64,000 nucleotides of DNA, from positions 10,602,001 through 10,666,000 of the forward strand of contig NC_086097.1 of the NCBI RefSeq assembly GCF_963921235.1. The letters run 5' to 3'. Below are positions 42,601-53,642 of the stretch, in pieces. The first letter of the stretch is position 1. Every line of letters starts with the position of its first letter. Source of the DNA: Mobula hypostoma. Taxonomy: Eukaryota. The notes under the pieces were generated by a model. That model did not search any database. It saw only the letters and a list, made by a program, of their open reading frames with translations, and was not told the DNA's origin. A program made the translations under genes and the position numbers.

Positions 42601-43548
42601 GGTCCCTCAGCTCAATGACTCTATGTTGCCTACAGTGCCCACGCAGTATTCACTCTTTCCAGCATTGGGCCCCTATCTCTCTAAGCTCCGCCTCTCCATG
42701 TATTTATTCAGGTGTTTCTTAAATGATACTATAGTACCCACCTCCAACCCGAAGACAATTTTAGCCACTGGACAAGATTGCAAAGGTCAGGATGTGGGAA
42801 CCTGAGGCAACTCAGCTCGTTGCTCTGCGATGCTTATTAGACTCTGTGCTGAAATGAGTCTGTGGAACGCTATTTGCTTGCTTCTATTGTTTCCACGTTT
42901 TTTTTCCCTCTGCACATTGGGTTTTTAATGATCTTTTATAATGGGTTCTTTTGCGGTTCTTTGTTTTGTGGCTGCCTGTAAAGTTGTATAATGTATGCAT
43001 ACTTTGATCATAAATATACTTTGAGTGTTGAATTAATTCCTCTGACACCTTGTCCTCTATACTAACACCCATCCACATGAAAATGTTGCCCCTCAGGTCC
43101 CCTTTAAATCTTTCCTTTCTCTACATGCTGTCCACTTTCTGCTTTCAATCTCCACTCCAACTTTGAATCCAACTGATTCTTCCTAACTTCCGTGGCACTT
43201 AACCTTCCAAACCAGCCCACTCTGTGGGACTAGTCAAAACCCTTGCTAAATTCCCCCTGCAGCTCAAGACAGTGGCAGCTCTACTGGTCTTGGATCTACT
43301 CTATCTGCCAGATCCATCTCATACCATCTCTTTGCCTCCTTATTTCCCTCTTAATCTTAATCTTTTTTTCCTCATAAACTTAATCTCTTAACCTTTTTCG
43401 TAGTCTGCAAGGGATTCACTCATCCGAACCTTAAAACCCAGTATATACGTAAACAACAGGAATTCTGCAGATGCTGGAAATTCAAGCAACGCACATCAAA
43501 GTTGCTGGTGAATGCAGCAGGCCAGGCAGCATCTCTAGGAAGAGGTAC

Positions 43549-43584
43549 AATCGACGTTTCAGGCCAAGACCCTTCGTCAGGACT
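43549..43584 (-). ncRNA. Minimal type-I hammerhead ribozyme in PLE
   Basis: Minus strand AGTC CTGACGA AGG GTCTTGG CCT GAAA CGTC GATT. Confidence 0.75.
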
Positions 43585-43818
43585 AACTGAAGGAAGAGCT
43601 AGTAAGAGATTTGAAAGTGGGAGGGGGAGGGGGAGATCCAAAACGATAGGAGAAGACAGGAGGGGGAGGGATGGAGCCAAGAGCTGGACAGGTGATTGGC
43701 AAAGGGGATATGAGAGGATCATGGGACAGGAGGTTCGGGGAGAAAGACAAGGGGGGGGGAACCCAGAGGATGGGCAAGGGGTATAGTCAGAGGGACAGAG
43801 GGAGAAAAAGGAGAGTGA

Positions 43819-44064
43819 GAGACCCGACGCAGACTGGGAGACCGCTTTGCTGAACATCTACGCTCTGTCCGCCAGAGAAAGCAGGATCTCCCAGTGGCCA
43901 CACATTTTAATTCCACATCCCATTCCCATTCTGATATGTCTCTCCACGGCCTCCTCTACTGTAAAGATGAAGCCACACTCAGGTTGGAGGAACAGCACCT
44001 TATATTCCGTCTGGGTAGCCTCCAACCTGATGGCATGAACATCGACTTCTCTAACTTCCACTAA
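43819..44064 (+). pseudogene. PLE GIY-YIG endonuclease C-terminal fragment (5'-truncated)
   Basis: ETRRRLGDRFAEHLRSVRQRKQDLPVATHFNSTSHSHSDMSLHGLLYCKDEATLRLEEQHLIFRLGSLQPDGMNIDFSNFH*; frame open. Confidence 0.85.
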
Positions 44065-44334
44065 TGCCCCACCTCCCCCTCGTATCCCATCCGTTATTTA
44101 TTTTTATACACACATTCTTTCTCTCACTCTCCTTTTTCTCCCTCTGTCCCTCTGACTATACCCCTTGCCCATCCTCTTGGTTTCCCCCCCTCCCCTTTTT
44201 CCTTCTCCCTGGGCCTCCTGTCCCATGATCCTCTCATATCCCTTTTGCCAATCACCTGTCCAGCTCTTGACTCCATCCCTCCCCCTCCTGTCTTCTCCTA
44301 TCATTTTGGATCTCCCCCTCCCCCTCCCACTTTC

Positions 44335-45998
44335 AATGAGATAGAAGAACTGAGCGAAATACATGTTAGTAGGGAAGTGGTGTTAGGTAAATTGAAGGGA
44401 TTAAAGGCAGATAAATCCCCAGGGCCAGATGGTCTGCATCCTAGAGTGCTTAAGAAAGTAGCCCAAGAAATAGTGGATGCATTAGTGATAATTTTTCAAA
44501 ACTCATTAGATTCTGGACTAGTTCCTGAGGATTGGAGGGTGGCTAATGTAACCCCACTTTTTAAAAAAGGAGGGAGAGAGAAACCGGGGAATTATAGACC
44601 GGTTAGCCTGACATCGGTGGTGGGGAAACTGCTGGAGTCAGTTATCAAAGATGTGATAACAGCACATTTGGAAAGCGGTGAAATCATTGGACAAAGTCAG
44701 CATGGATTTGTGAAAGGAAAATCATGTCTGACGAATCTCATAGAATTTTTTGAGGATGTAACTAGTAGAGTGGATAGGGGAGAACCAGTGGATGTGGTAT
44801 ATTTGGATTTTCAAAAGGCTTTTGACAGGGTCCCACACAGGAGATTAGTGTGCAAACTTAAAGCACACGGTATTGAGGGTAAGGTATTGATGTGGATAGA
44901 GAAGTGGTTAGCAGACAGGAAGCAAAGAGTGGGAATAAACGGGACCTTTTCAGAATGGCAGGCAGTGACTAGTGGGGTACCGCAAGGCTCAGCGCTGGAA
45001 CCCCAGTTGTTTACAATATATATTAATGACTTGGATGAGGGAATTAAATGCAGCATCTCCAAGTTTGCGGATGACACGAAGCTGGGCGGCAGTGTTAGCT
45101 GTGAGGAGGATGCTAAGAGGATGCAGGGTGACTTGGATAGGTTGGGTGAGTGGGCAAATTCATGGCAGATGCAATTTAATGTGGATAAATGTGAAGTTAT
45201 CCACTTTGGTGGCAAAAATAGGAAAACAGATTATTATCTGAATGGTGGCCGATTAGGATAAGGGGAGATGCAACGAGACCTGGGTGTCATTATACACCAG
45301 TCATTGAAAGTGGGCATGCAGGTACAGCAGGCGGTGAAAAAGGCGAATGGTATGCTGGCATTTATAGCAAGAGGATTTGAGTACAGGAGCAGGGAGGTAC
45401 TACTGCAGTTGTACAAGGCCTTGGTGAGACCACACCTGGAGTATTGTGTGCAGTTTTGGTCCCCTAATCTGAGGAAAGACATCTTTGCCATAGAGGGAGT
45501 AGAAAGAAGGTTCACCAGATTGATTCCTGGGATGGCAGGACTTTCATATGAAGAAAGACTGGATGAACTAGGCTTGTACTCATTGGAATTTAGAAGATTG
45601 AGGGGGGATCTGATTGAAACGTATAAAATCCTAAAGGGATTGGACAGGCTAGATGCAGGAAGATTGTTCCCGATGTTGGGAAGTCCAGAACGAGGGGTCA
45701 CAGTTTGAGGATAAGGGGGAAGCCTCTTAGGACTGAGATTAGGAAAAACTTCTTCACACGGAGAGTGGTGAATCTATGGAATTCTCTGCCACAGGAAACA
45801 GTTGAGGCCAGTTCATTGGCTATATTTAAGAGGGAGTTAGATGTGTCCCTTGTGGCTAAAGGGATCAGGGGGTATGGAGGGAAGGCTGGTGCAGGGTTCT
45901 GAGTTGGATGATCAGCCATGATCGTAATAAATGGCGGTGCAGGCTTGAAGGGCCGAATGGCCTACTCCTGCACCTATTTTCTATGTTTCTATGTTTCT
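44335..45998 (+). mobile_element. Young 5'-truncated CR1-type LINE with complete RT domain
   Basis: KSPGPDG...NYRPVSL...QHGF...LDFQKAFD...GVPQGS...KFADDTK; one in-frame TAA at 45259-45261; (TTTCTATG)n tail. Confidence 0.95.
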
Positions 45999-46026
45999 AA
46001 ATCTCTTACTAACTCTTCTTTCAGTT

Positions 46027-46062
46027 AGTCCTGACGAAGGGTCTCGGCCTGAAACGTCGACA
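46027..46062 (+). ncRNA. Minimal type-I hammerhead ribozyme in PLE
   Basis: AGTC CTGACGA AGG GTCTCGG CCT GAAA CGTC GACA. Confidence 0.75.
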
Positions 46063-47500
46063 GTACCTCTTCCTAGAAATGCTGCCTGGCCTGCTGCGTT
46101 CACCAGCAACTTTGATGTGTGGTCCAGTGTATACGTCCTTCTTTTTATCGACCGGAGCTTTCATAAGCAAAGGTTATCTAAATTTGTCAGGCTTACCTTT
46201 CAAAAGGTTCAAAGGTTCTAAGGTTCATTTATGATCAAAGTATGCAACTCTGAAATTCTTCTTCTCCAGATAGTCACAAAACCAAGAAAGAAAAGAACGG
46301 CAGCACGATCATCAACCTCCAATTCCCTCCACAAAAAAAACAAAAATGGAACAGGCACATCAATACCCAAATCTCCTTTCCTCACACACAAAAAAAGAGA
46401 AAAAGTGACAAAAAACACAGAATATAAAAAATCATAAGACTGGAAAAAAGTCTATAGCTCAAGCCCATATCCAAATCACCGATAACGTGAGTAACATTCT
46501 CCAGGAACTGCGGCAGGCCTTTCTCTCTCTGGCAACGAGTGATCTTCGAGTGATAAATGGCAGCCTCCTTCCTCTGTAGCAGAGCGATCCTCCAGTGACA
46601 AAAAGGCAGGCAGAGCGTGCTCAAATTCCAAATTCACCTCAATGTTTCTATCCCCTCCCCCCTTTGCTTTAATTGGCGAACAATGGCGGCTTTAATCATC
46701 AAAATGGAGTCGAACATCAGCTCCCAGCCTTCTCACTGCAAGGTTCCTTATACTGCCTCTGCTTTCCAGAATCATCTCGGAGTTAAGATGGCGCTAAGGC
46801 GGCATTGATGCTGCCTGACTCAGAATCAGAATCAGAATCAGGTTTATTATCACCGGCATGTGACGTGAAATGTGTTAACTTAGTAGCAGTAGTTCCAGGC
46901 AATACATAATCTAGCAGAGAGAGAGAAAAAATAACAATAATAAATAAAATAAAACGTATTAATAAATAAACAAGTAAATCAATTAAGTTTATTGAATAGA
47001 TTATTATCTGATGACACAACAATTGTAGGCCGTATCTCGGGTAATGATGAGTTTGAGTACAGAGAGGAAATTAAGAACCTGGTGGCATGTTGCGAAGACA
47101 ATAACCTATCCTTCAACATCAGCAAGACGAAGGAATTGGTTGTTGACTTCAGAAGGAGTAGCAGACCGCACGACCCAATTTACATCGGTGGTACGCAAGT
47201 GGAACAGGTCAAAAGCTTTAAGTTCCTCGGGGTCAATATCACAAATGATCTGACTTGGTCCAACCGAACAGAGTTCACGGCCAAGAAGGCCCACCAGCGC
47301 CTCTACTTCCTGAGAAAACTAAAGAAATTTGGTCTGTCCCCTAAAACCCTCACTAATTATTATAGATGCACCGTAGAAAGCATTCTTCTCAGGTGCATCA
47401 CAACCTGGTATGGAAGTTGTCCTGTCCAAGACCGAAAGAAGCTTCAGAAGGTCATGAACACGGTGCAGCACATCACACAAACCAATCTTCTGTCCTTGGA

Positions 47501-48344
47501 ACACACATCAAAGTTGCTGGTGAACGCAGCAGGCCAAGCAGCATCTATAGGAAGAGGTGCAGTCGATGTTTCAGGCCAAGACCCTTCGTCAGGACTAACT
47601 GAAGGAAGAGTGAGTAAGGGATTTGAAAGCTGGAGGGGGAGGGGGAGATGCAAAATGATAGGAGAAGACAGGAGGGGGAGGGATAGAGCCGAGAGCTGGA
47701 CAGGTGATAGGCAAAAGGGGATACGAGAGGATCATGGGACAGGAGGTCCGGGAAGAAAGACGGGGGGGGGGTGACCCAGAGGATGGGCAAGAGGTATATT
47801 CAGAGGGACAGAGGGAGAAAAAGGAGAGTGAGAGAAAGAATGTGTGCATAAAAATGAGTAACAGCTGGGGTACGAGGGGGAGGTGGGGCCTAGCGGAAGT
47901 TAGAGAAGTCCGCTAGGCCCCACCTCCCCCGCGTACCCCAGCTGTTACTCATTTTTATGCACACATTCTTTCTCTCACTCTCCTTTTTCTCCCTCTGTCC
48001 CTCTGAATATACCTCTTGCCCATCCTCTGGGTCACCCCCCCCCCCGTCTTTCTTCCCGGACCTCCTGTCCCATGATCCTCTCGTATCCCCTTTTGCCTAT
48101 CACCTGTCCAGCTCTCGGCTCTATCCCTCCCCCTCCTGTCTTCTCCTATCATTTTGCATCTCCCCCTCCCCCTCCAGCTTTCAAATCCCTTACTCACTCT
48201 TCCTTCAGTTAGTCCTGACGAAGGGTCTCGGCCTGAAACGTCGACTGCACCTCTTCCTATAGATGCTGCTTGGCCTGCTGCGTTCACCAGCAACTTTGAT
48301 GTGTGTTGCTTGAATTTCCAGCATCTGCAGAATTCCTGTTGTTT
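47501..48344. mobile_element. Palindromic PLE insertion (arms ~47500-47897 and 47909-48307, 11-nt spacer)
   Basis: Near-perfect inverted repeat; TSD TTCTGTCCTTGGA at 47488-47500 and 48343-48355. Confidence 0.92.
48211..48246 (+). ncRNA. Minimal type-I hammerhead ribozyme in PLE (best copy)
   Basis: Stem I AGTC/GACT, core CTGACGA, stem II AGG/CCT, GAAA, palindromic ACGT stem III, GTC triplet (predicted cleavage after 48242). Confidence 0.8.
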
Positions 48345-48799
48345 CTGTCCTTGGACTCACTTTACACCGCACACTGTCGGAGCAGTGCTGCCAGGATAAT
48401 CAAGGACACGACCTACCCAGCCAACACACTTTTCGTCCCTCTTCCCTCCGGGAGAAGGCCCAGGAACTTGAAGACCCGTACGGCCAGATTTGGGAACAGC
48501 TTCTCTCCAACTGTGATAAGACTGCTGAACGGATCTTGACCCGAATCTGGGCCATACCCTCCAAATATCCAGACCTGCCTCTCGGTTTTTTTGCACTACC
48601 TTACTTTCCTTTTTTCTATTTTCTATTTATGATTTATAATTTAAATTTTTAGTATTTACTAATTTTTACTAATTTTAATATTTTTAATATTTAATATTTG
48701 TAATCCAGGGAGCGGATAGCGCAGAATCAAATATCGCTGTGATGATTGTACTTTCTAGTTTCAATTGTTTGGTGACAATGAAGTATAAAGTATATTAAA

Positions 48800-49425
48800 A
48801 ATGTGCAAAAACAGAAATACTATATATTAAAAAAGTGAGGTAGTGTCCAAAGCTTCAAAGTCCATTCAGAAACCAGATGGCGGAGGGGAAGAAGCTGTTC
48901 CTGAGTCGCTGAGTGTGTGCCTTCAGGCTTCTGTATCTCCTACCTGATGGTAACAGTGAGAAAAGGGCATGCCCTGGCTGCTGGAGGTCTTTAATAATGG
49001 AAGCTGCCTTTCTGAGACACCGCTCCCTGAAGATGTCCTGGGTACTCTGTAGGCTAGTGCCCAAGGTGGAGCTGACTAGATTTACAACCTCCTACAGCTT
49101 CTTTCGGTCCTGTGCAGTAGCCTCTCCATACCAGACAGTGATGCAGCCTGTCAGAATGCTCTCCACGGTACAACTATAGAAGTTTTTGAGAGTATTTGCT
49201 GACATGCCAAATCACTTCAAGCTCCTAATAAAGTATAGCCGCTGTCTTGCCTTCTTTATAACTACATCGATATGTTGGGACCAGGTTAGATCCTCAGAGA
49301 TCTTGACACCCAGGAGCTTAAAGCTGCTCCCTCTCTCTACTTCTGATCCTTCTATGAGAATCGGTATGTGTTCCTTTGTCTTACCTTTCCTGAAGTCCAC
49401 AATCAGCTCTTTCGTTTTAATGATG
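48800..49425 (-). mobile_element. Rex1/Babar-type LINE fragment whose tail lies at 46820-46985
   Basis: DFRKGK...SFKLLGVKISEDLTWSQHID...KKARQRLYF; RCLRKAASIIKD...PSGRRYRSL. Confidence 0.85.
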
Positions 49426-51886
49426 TTGCATGCATCTTTGGAAACAGCTCTATTTCAATCTTTAATATCTTTATCTTTCCCTTTCATGGTTCTTTTGAAG
49501 ACCCTGACCTGGAATTACACGCAGACTTTGGTTCTTTGCGGGAATAGGACCCGTTCTTGGGGTTTCAGGACCAGCCGTTGTTCAGCACGCCAAGAGATCA
49601 GCCTGAGATGCAGCCTAGTGTTTGGAGGCCTAAGATCTCGGGGCTCTGGAGATAGGCGGATTGAGGGTCGATGTCATGGCAGGAGACTTGTGTGTGGTCA
49701 GGGAGGCCGGAAAATCTTTTGCTGTGGGCCCGAAGACCTGAGATCTTCGCAATCTTTGGGCACAGAGCTCGTAAAAAGCTACAAAATGGACTTTTTAACA
49801 TCATAAACCAGCGGGTTGTTATTTTGTCTCCCACTCGCTGTGAAAATGGGGACACCTCCCTCTCCTTTTTAGGGAGAGAGAGAGAACCTGTAGGTTGCTG
49901 AATGCCAGATGAAATGCGATAGTCTTTGGGGTAACTGCAAGATCTGTGTCTTTGATATTGCTTAGCTCACACTTGTGCTCCGTGGTGGGTGTGCTTTTTT
50001 GGTCAGTGGGGGGAGGGGGTATTGTTGCTCGATGCTGCTTATGCATGGGAGGGGGGAGCCAGGGGAGGGGGAGGGCTTTCGGGTTCTCACGTTTAACTAT
50101 CGTTCATTCTTTGGGGCACTTCTCCATTTTCGTGGATGTTTTGCGAAGAGAAAGCATTTCAGGATGTATATTGTATACATTTCTCTGACATTAAATTGAA
50201 CCTTTGAGTCTGCAGAACACTGAAACACCCAAACAATCACCAAACTGCAAATCACAGTATCCAACAGTTCCAGAATCACATTCAAAATGAAAAACGAACG
50301 TAAAAAGACATAAAAGAAGTGAAATATATGGTTTCATGATCTACCCAGAAGATGTCGACCAAAGGAACATTGTACGAAGTTACCATCTTGACCAGAAAGC
50401 GAAAGACAACACCTATCAGAAACATGCTATCCCTAGACATCTGGAGAGATCTGAGGCCTCTGTTGGTCAGGGTCAACCATGGATATTGCATCCTAACTGT
50501 CTATGTGATACACAAGGCAGGGCAGTATGATATGGAGAGGAAGTCCATGTTGCCTATAATGCAAGCTCCCCCTCTCCAAGCATCTGATAAACCCAAAGGA
50601 ACAGTAGAGACCGATACAGTTTGGCACCCGTAGTGCCGTAGGAGTTGCCAGTCTGCATGAACTCAACATAGGACTGCCTTAGGGATGGACCCCAACTCTG
50701 GATTTTTCCCTTGGGGTTTATTCCCAAAGGCTTTCCGAAAAGGGGGCATAGCTGCAAGGGAGCAGAGGTTTGAGATCAGAGTTTTCTTTCTCCTAGATGA
50801 GCAACCAAACACAGCTGATGAGCCCTATCTGCGTAAAGCAAATAGTTTTAAGGTGCCAGTAACCTGCCTTTGCCCATTCTCTTGTCAATAGAAATGTTTC
50901 CGCTGGGATTAGCAAATAGCCACACTTGAAAGCCAGGTGCTGGACTCGGTTGTCACAGGCTATTTGAGATGCATGCCATTGGGAGTATTCAATAACTAGT
51001 GGAAGCTTATCCCCGTTACCACCCCTTGGCTGTAACAACCTTAAGGAACCATCTAGAGAGATACAGCATGGAAAAAGCAGGACTTTTGGTCCATTGGGTC
51101 CTCACCAAATATTAAATGTCCACTTTCACACCTATCCCACCCTGAGCCATTTTATTCTTCTGCCAAATTCTACCATTCATCTACACACTCTACGATGACC
51201 CTATCAACTGAAATATTTTTAGGAATGGGCGGAATCTCACACAGCCACAAAAAGAATATGAAAACTGTCCACAAGCATTACAAGAGGTCTGCATCTGATT
51301 GTTGGTTGCCATGGTTCTGAGGTAACTTGTCAACTAGCTGCAACATCTCGCCAACCTTAAATCTTCCATCAGCCGTGTTTGTTCCAAAGGCAACAATCCC
51401 AGTCTACCCATTCAAATCTAATTCCACAGTGCTAGCAACAGCCCAAGGAATCTTTTCTGCACCTCTCTCCAATGCGGCCATATTGCTGTGACTGAGTAAT
51501 GTTCAGGATTCAAAAAGAAAAAAATTGCACAAATAGCAAAAGATGAACAAGAAACACAGAATGCAAAAGAGCAAACCACAGAGTCGCTGAATAGTACACA
51601 AATATTCAGTATAGTTCAGTTCAATTTAGCGCTGTGTTGTTTGCTGACGGCAGGCTGCAGCCAGTCCACCCTAGTCAAAATCATACAAAATAGCAATTTT
51701 AAAAAAAAGAGTAATCTGTACTTTCTGAAGGATATCACCTTTGGTTGTGCTGTTCGCTGGTGCTATCTTCTTGAGACTGCATATAACTTTAAACTGGGCC
51801 ATTATCCTCAAGAATCACCCTGAGTGATAATATCTTCTTCACCATTGAGAATGGGGAGAAAGCAGAAGAAATGTGGTTATCATTTC

Positions 51887-52109
51887 TATTGTGTCTGTGG
51901 CCTGGTTACACAACAACGCTGTTAATAAAAACGCTGGAGACGGGAGCTATGTTTCATGGTTCTCTACTGGCAGAAGCCAAACTTGACACACACGTACAGA
52001 TCAAAACATACCTTATAGCACATGCTCAATATGCGCCTAATAGCGCATTCAACGACATGTTACTAAAACATAAAGTAGTCCCTTATTATACTGTAGGCTA
52101 TCCTGTACA
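51887..52109 (-). repeat. 3' LTR (223 bp)
   Basis: Direct repeat of 55877-56093; minus strand starts TGTACA; I count about 25 substitutions and 2 indels between the LTRs. Confidence 0.93.
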
Positions 52110-52130
52110 CTCCTCCCCTTTTATTTTAAT
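52110..52130 (-). other. Polypurine tract
   Basis: Minus strand ATTAAAATAAAAGGGGAGGAG directly before the 3' LTR. Confidence 0.88.
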
Positions 52131-52307
52131 AGTGTATCAACTGTGTTTTTTTACTGGGGCACTATGCTAAACAAAATATGTTTACCCTTAACATACAAAT
52201 GCCTACCATTTGTTTACTTAGTAACTTAATAATATCAAATTATAACAAAGTAACGTAATAATATCAAATTATAAAAAGCTTTTTTTTACTTTTGGTCTAA
52301 GACCCAC

Positions 52308-52375
52308 TTATAACTCAAGTCTCTGGGGGGGGGTGGGGTGGTCTTCTCTACCTCTCCAGGTAACGTCTGTCAATA
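52308..52375 (-). pseudogene. Gypsy pol extreme C-terminus remnant
   Basis: RRYLER*RRPP..QRLEL*, resembling the RRYPxRxRxPPxRLxL end of Mag-like pol. Confidence 0.65.
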
Positions 52376-52476
52376 ATCTTGTTTGTTTTAATACAGATAT
52401 CCATATAAAAGTCATGAAAAGTTGACCTCTGAGCATAGGAGTTAAGAAGATGTGCGCCTCCGACTTGCTAAGAGTT

Positions 52477-52592
52477 CTATGCAGCAGATCGGCTCCACAT
52501 AATGAAGACTCCTCTATGCAGCTGCACTAGATATATACACATCTTTGTGCTGGTGATTCAGCAGGAGTGCTGGGAAGATGCTCAGGAGAAGA
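52477..52592 (-). pseudogene. SUDS3: SUDS3 retrocopy, 3' part (probable 3'UTR continues to ~52390)
   Basis: SSPEHLPSTPAESPAQR then, after a deletion, STKMCIYLVQLHRGVFIMWSRSAA*; human has SSPEHLPATPAESPAQR...[24 protein letters not shown]. Confidence 0.9.
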
Positions 52593-53642
52593 CGAAGAGG
52601 CTGTCACTTTTTGCGGGACACATCATTTTGGGAGTTAAAGAAATACAGGATAAATTGGAGAACAAAGTTGCATCCTATGCTGGTCAACTTGCAAAGAGTT
52701 TGAGCAGTAACTCTGATGTGAGATCCCGCGGGCTCTCTCGGGCTGTGATTCGGGTCTTCAGGGATTGTAAAAATAGTGCAGGATGTCCGTTCTTCGGGTA
52801 GGATCTGAAAGAATGTACAATTTGCTTAGGAGAACTCAACAATCCCATCCTGCTTCCATGTGATCATTTTTACTGTTTAAAATGTATAAAGCGGTGGCTT
52901 GAATCAGGACAGCGGCTCTGCCCACTGTGCCATACTTCTCTAGGTGATGATTATGTACCAGCGGTAACAGAAGAAATAAGTGAAGCTGTAGCAAAATTAG
53001 ACATATTTCACAAAAGGTGTGAAGCATTTTTCATAGCTTCGGTTTCCATGGTCTGCTTCAAAGATGACTTGCCACCAACAAAGAAGTGGTTGGTGATCTG
53101 CTGTTTCTGCTATTTATTCGAAGGGTCTCGGCCCGAAACGTCAACTGTACCTCGTCCTAGAGATGCTGCCTGGCCTGCTGCGTTCACCAGCAACTTTGAT
53201 GTGTGTTGCTTGAATTTCCAGCATCCGCAGAATTCCTGTTGCTTGAGTACTTTACCAGTAATCGTTCACCATTTGATGAAGCGGTTGATTGAAATCCTGT
53301 TGTTCGTCCCATCGTTTTTAAACTGCTGTTAAAGTACAGTTTTGCTGATATTAAGGATCACCTGCAGTGCTATCTGTCTGGCTCAGGAGGGAAAATTCCT
53401 TCAGGTGCACATTCAGCACGTGTGAAAATGCAACAATAGAAACCTTAAAGTTTGTTGCCAGAATTCGCCTCTGTTTGGCTGCTGTTTCCCAACTTCTTTG
53501 TGAAAAAACAAGACACATTGGCTGAGGATTCAAAATATGTACGTGCAAAAGGAACTTTCCTGCAAAGGATTAAGTGTATGATTCTTAACGGAGGAAATGA
53601 TTAGTTTGAGATTTACCTTGTGCGAAAACTGTTCTGATTGAA
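52593..53642 (+). pseudogene. RNF213: RNF213 internal cDNA fragment including the RING finger (52814-52930), antisense to the element
   Basis: LFAGHIILG...NSDVRS...CTICLGELNNPILLPCDHFYCLKCIKRWLESGQRLCPLC...VCFKDDLPP...SPFDEAVD*NPVVR...KLLLKYSF...VARIRLCL...IYLVRKL; contains stops and frameshifts and no visible introns. Confidence 0.88.
53119..53248 (+). mobile_element. Short PLE 3' fragment inserted in the RNF213 segment
   Basis: Matches the PLE terminus (…GAAACGTC…CAGAATTCCTGTTG); hammerhead truncated. Confidence 0.85.

Larger units (their letters stand above)
43451..46121. mobile_element. Inverted PLE insertion (minus arm 43451-43820; plus arm 43819-44336 and 45999-46121) interrupted by CR1
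   Basis: Flanked by a 13-bp TSD CCAGTATATACGT (43438-43450) / CCAGTGTATACGT (46124-46136); PLE sequence resumes after the CR1 tail. Confidence 0.85.
47004..48795 (+). mobile_element. Rex1/Babar-type LINE RT 3' part, split by the PLE palindrome
   Basis: LSDDTTIVGRI...KTKELVVDFR...FKFLGV...TNLLSL | DSLYTAHC...LPSGRR...VIRLLNGS*. Confidence 0.9.

Noticed and set aside
52502..52801. 99-aa plus-strand ORF as a single gene
   Set aside because: Its first ~30 codons are antisense SUDS3; only the remainder is RNF213-derived
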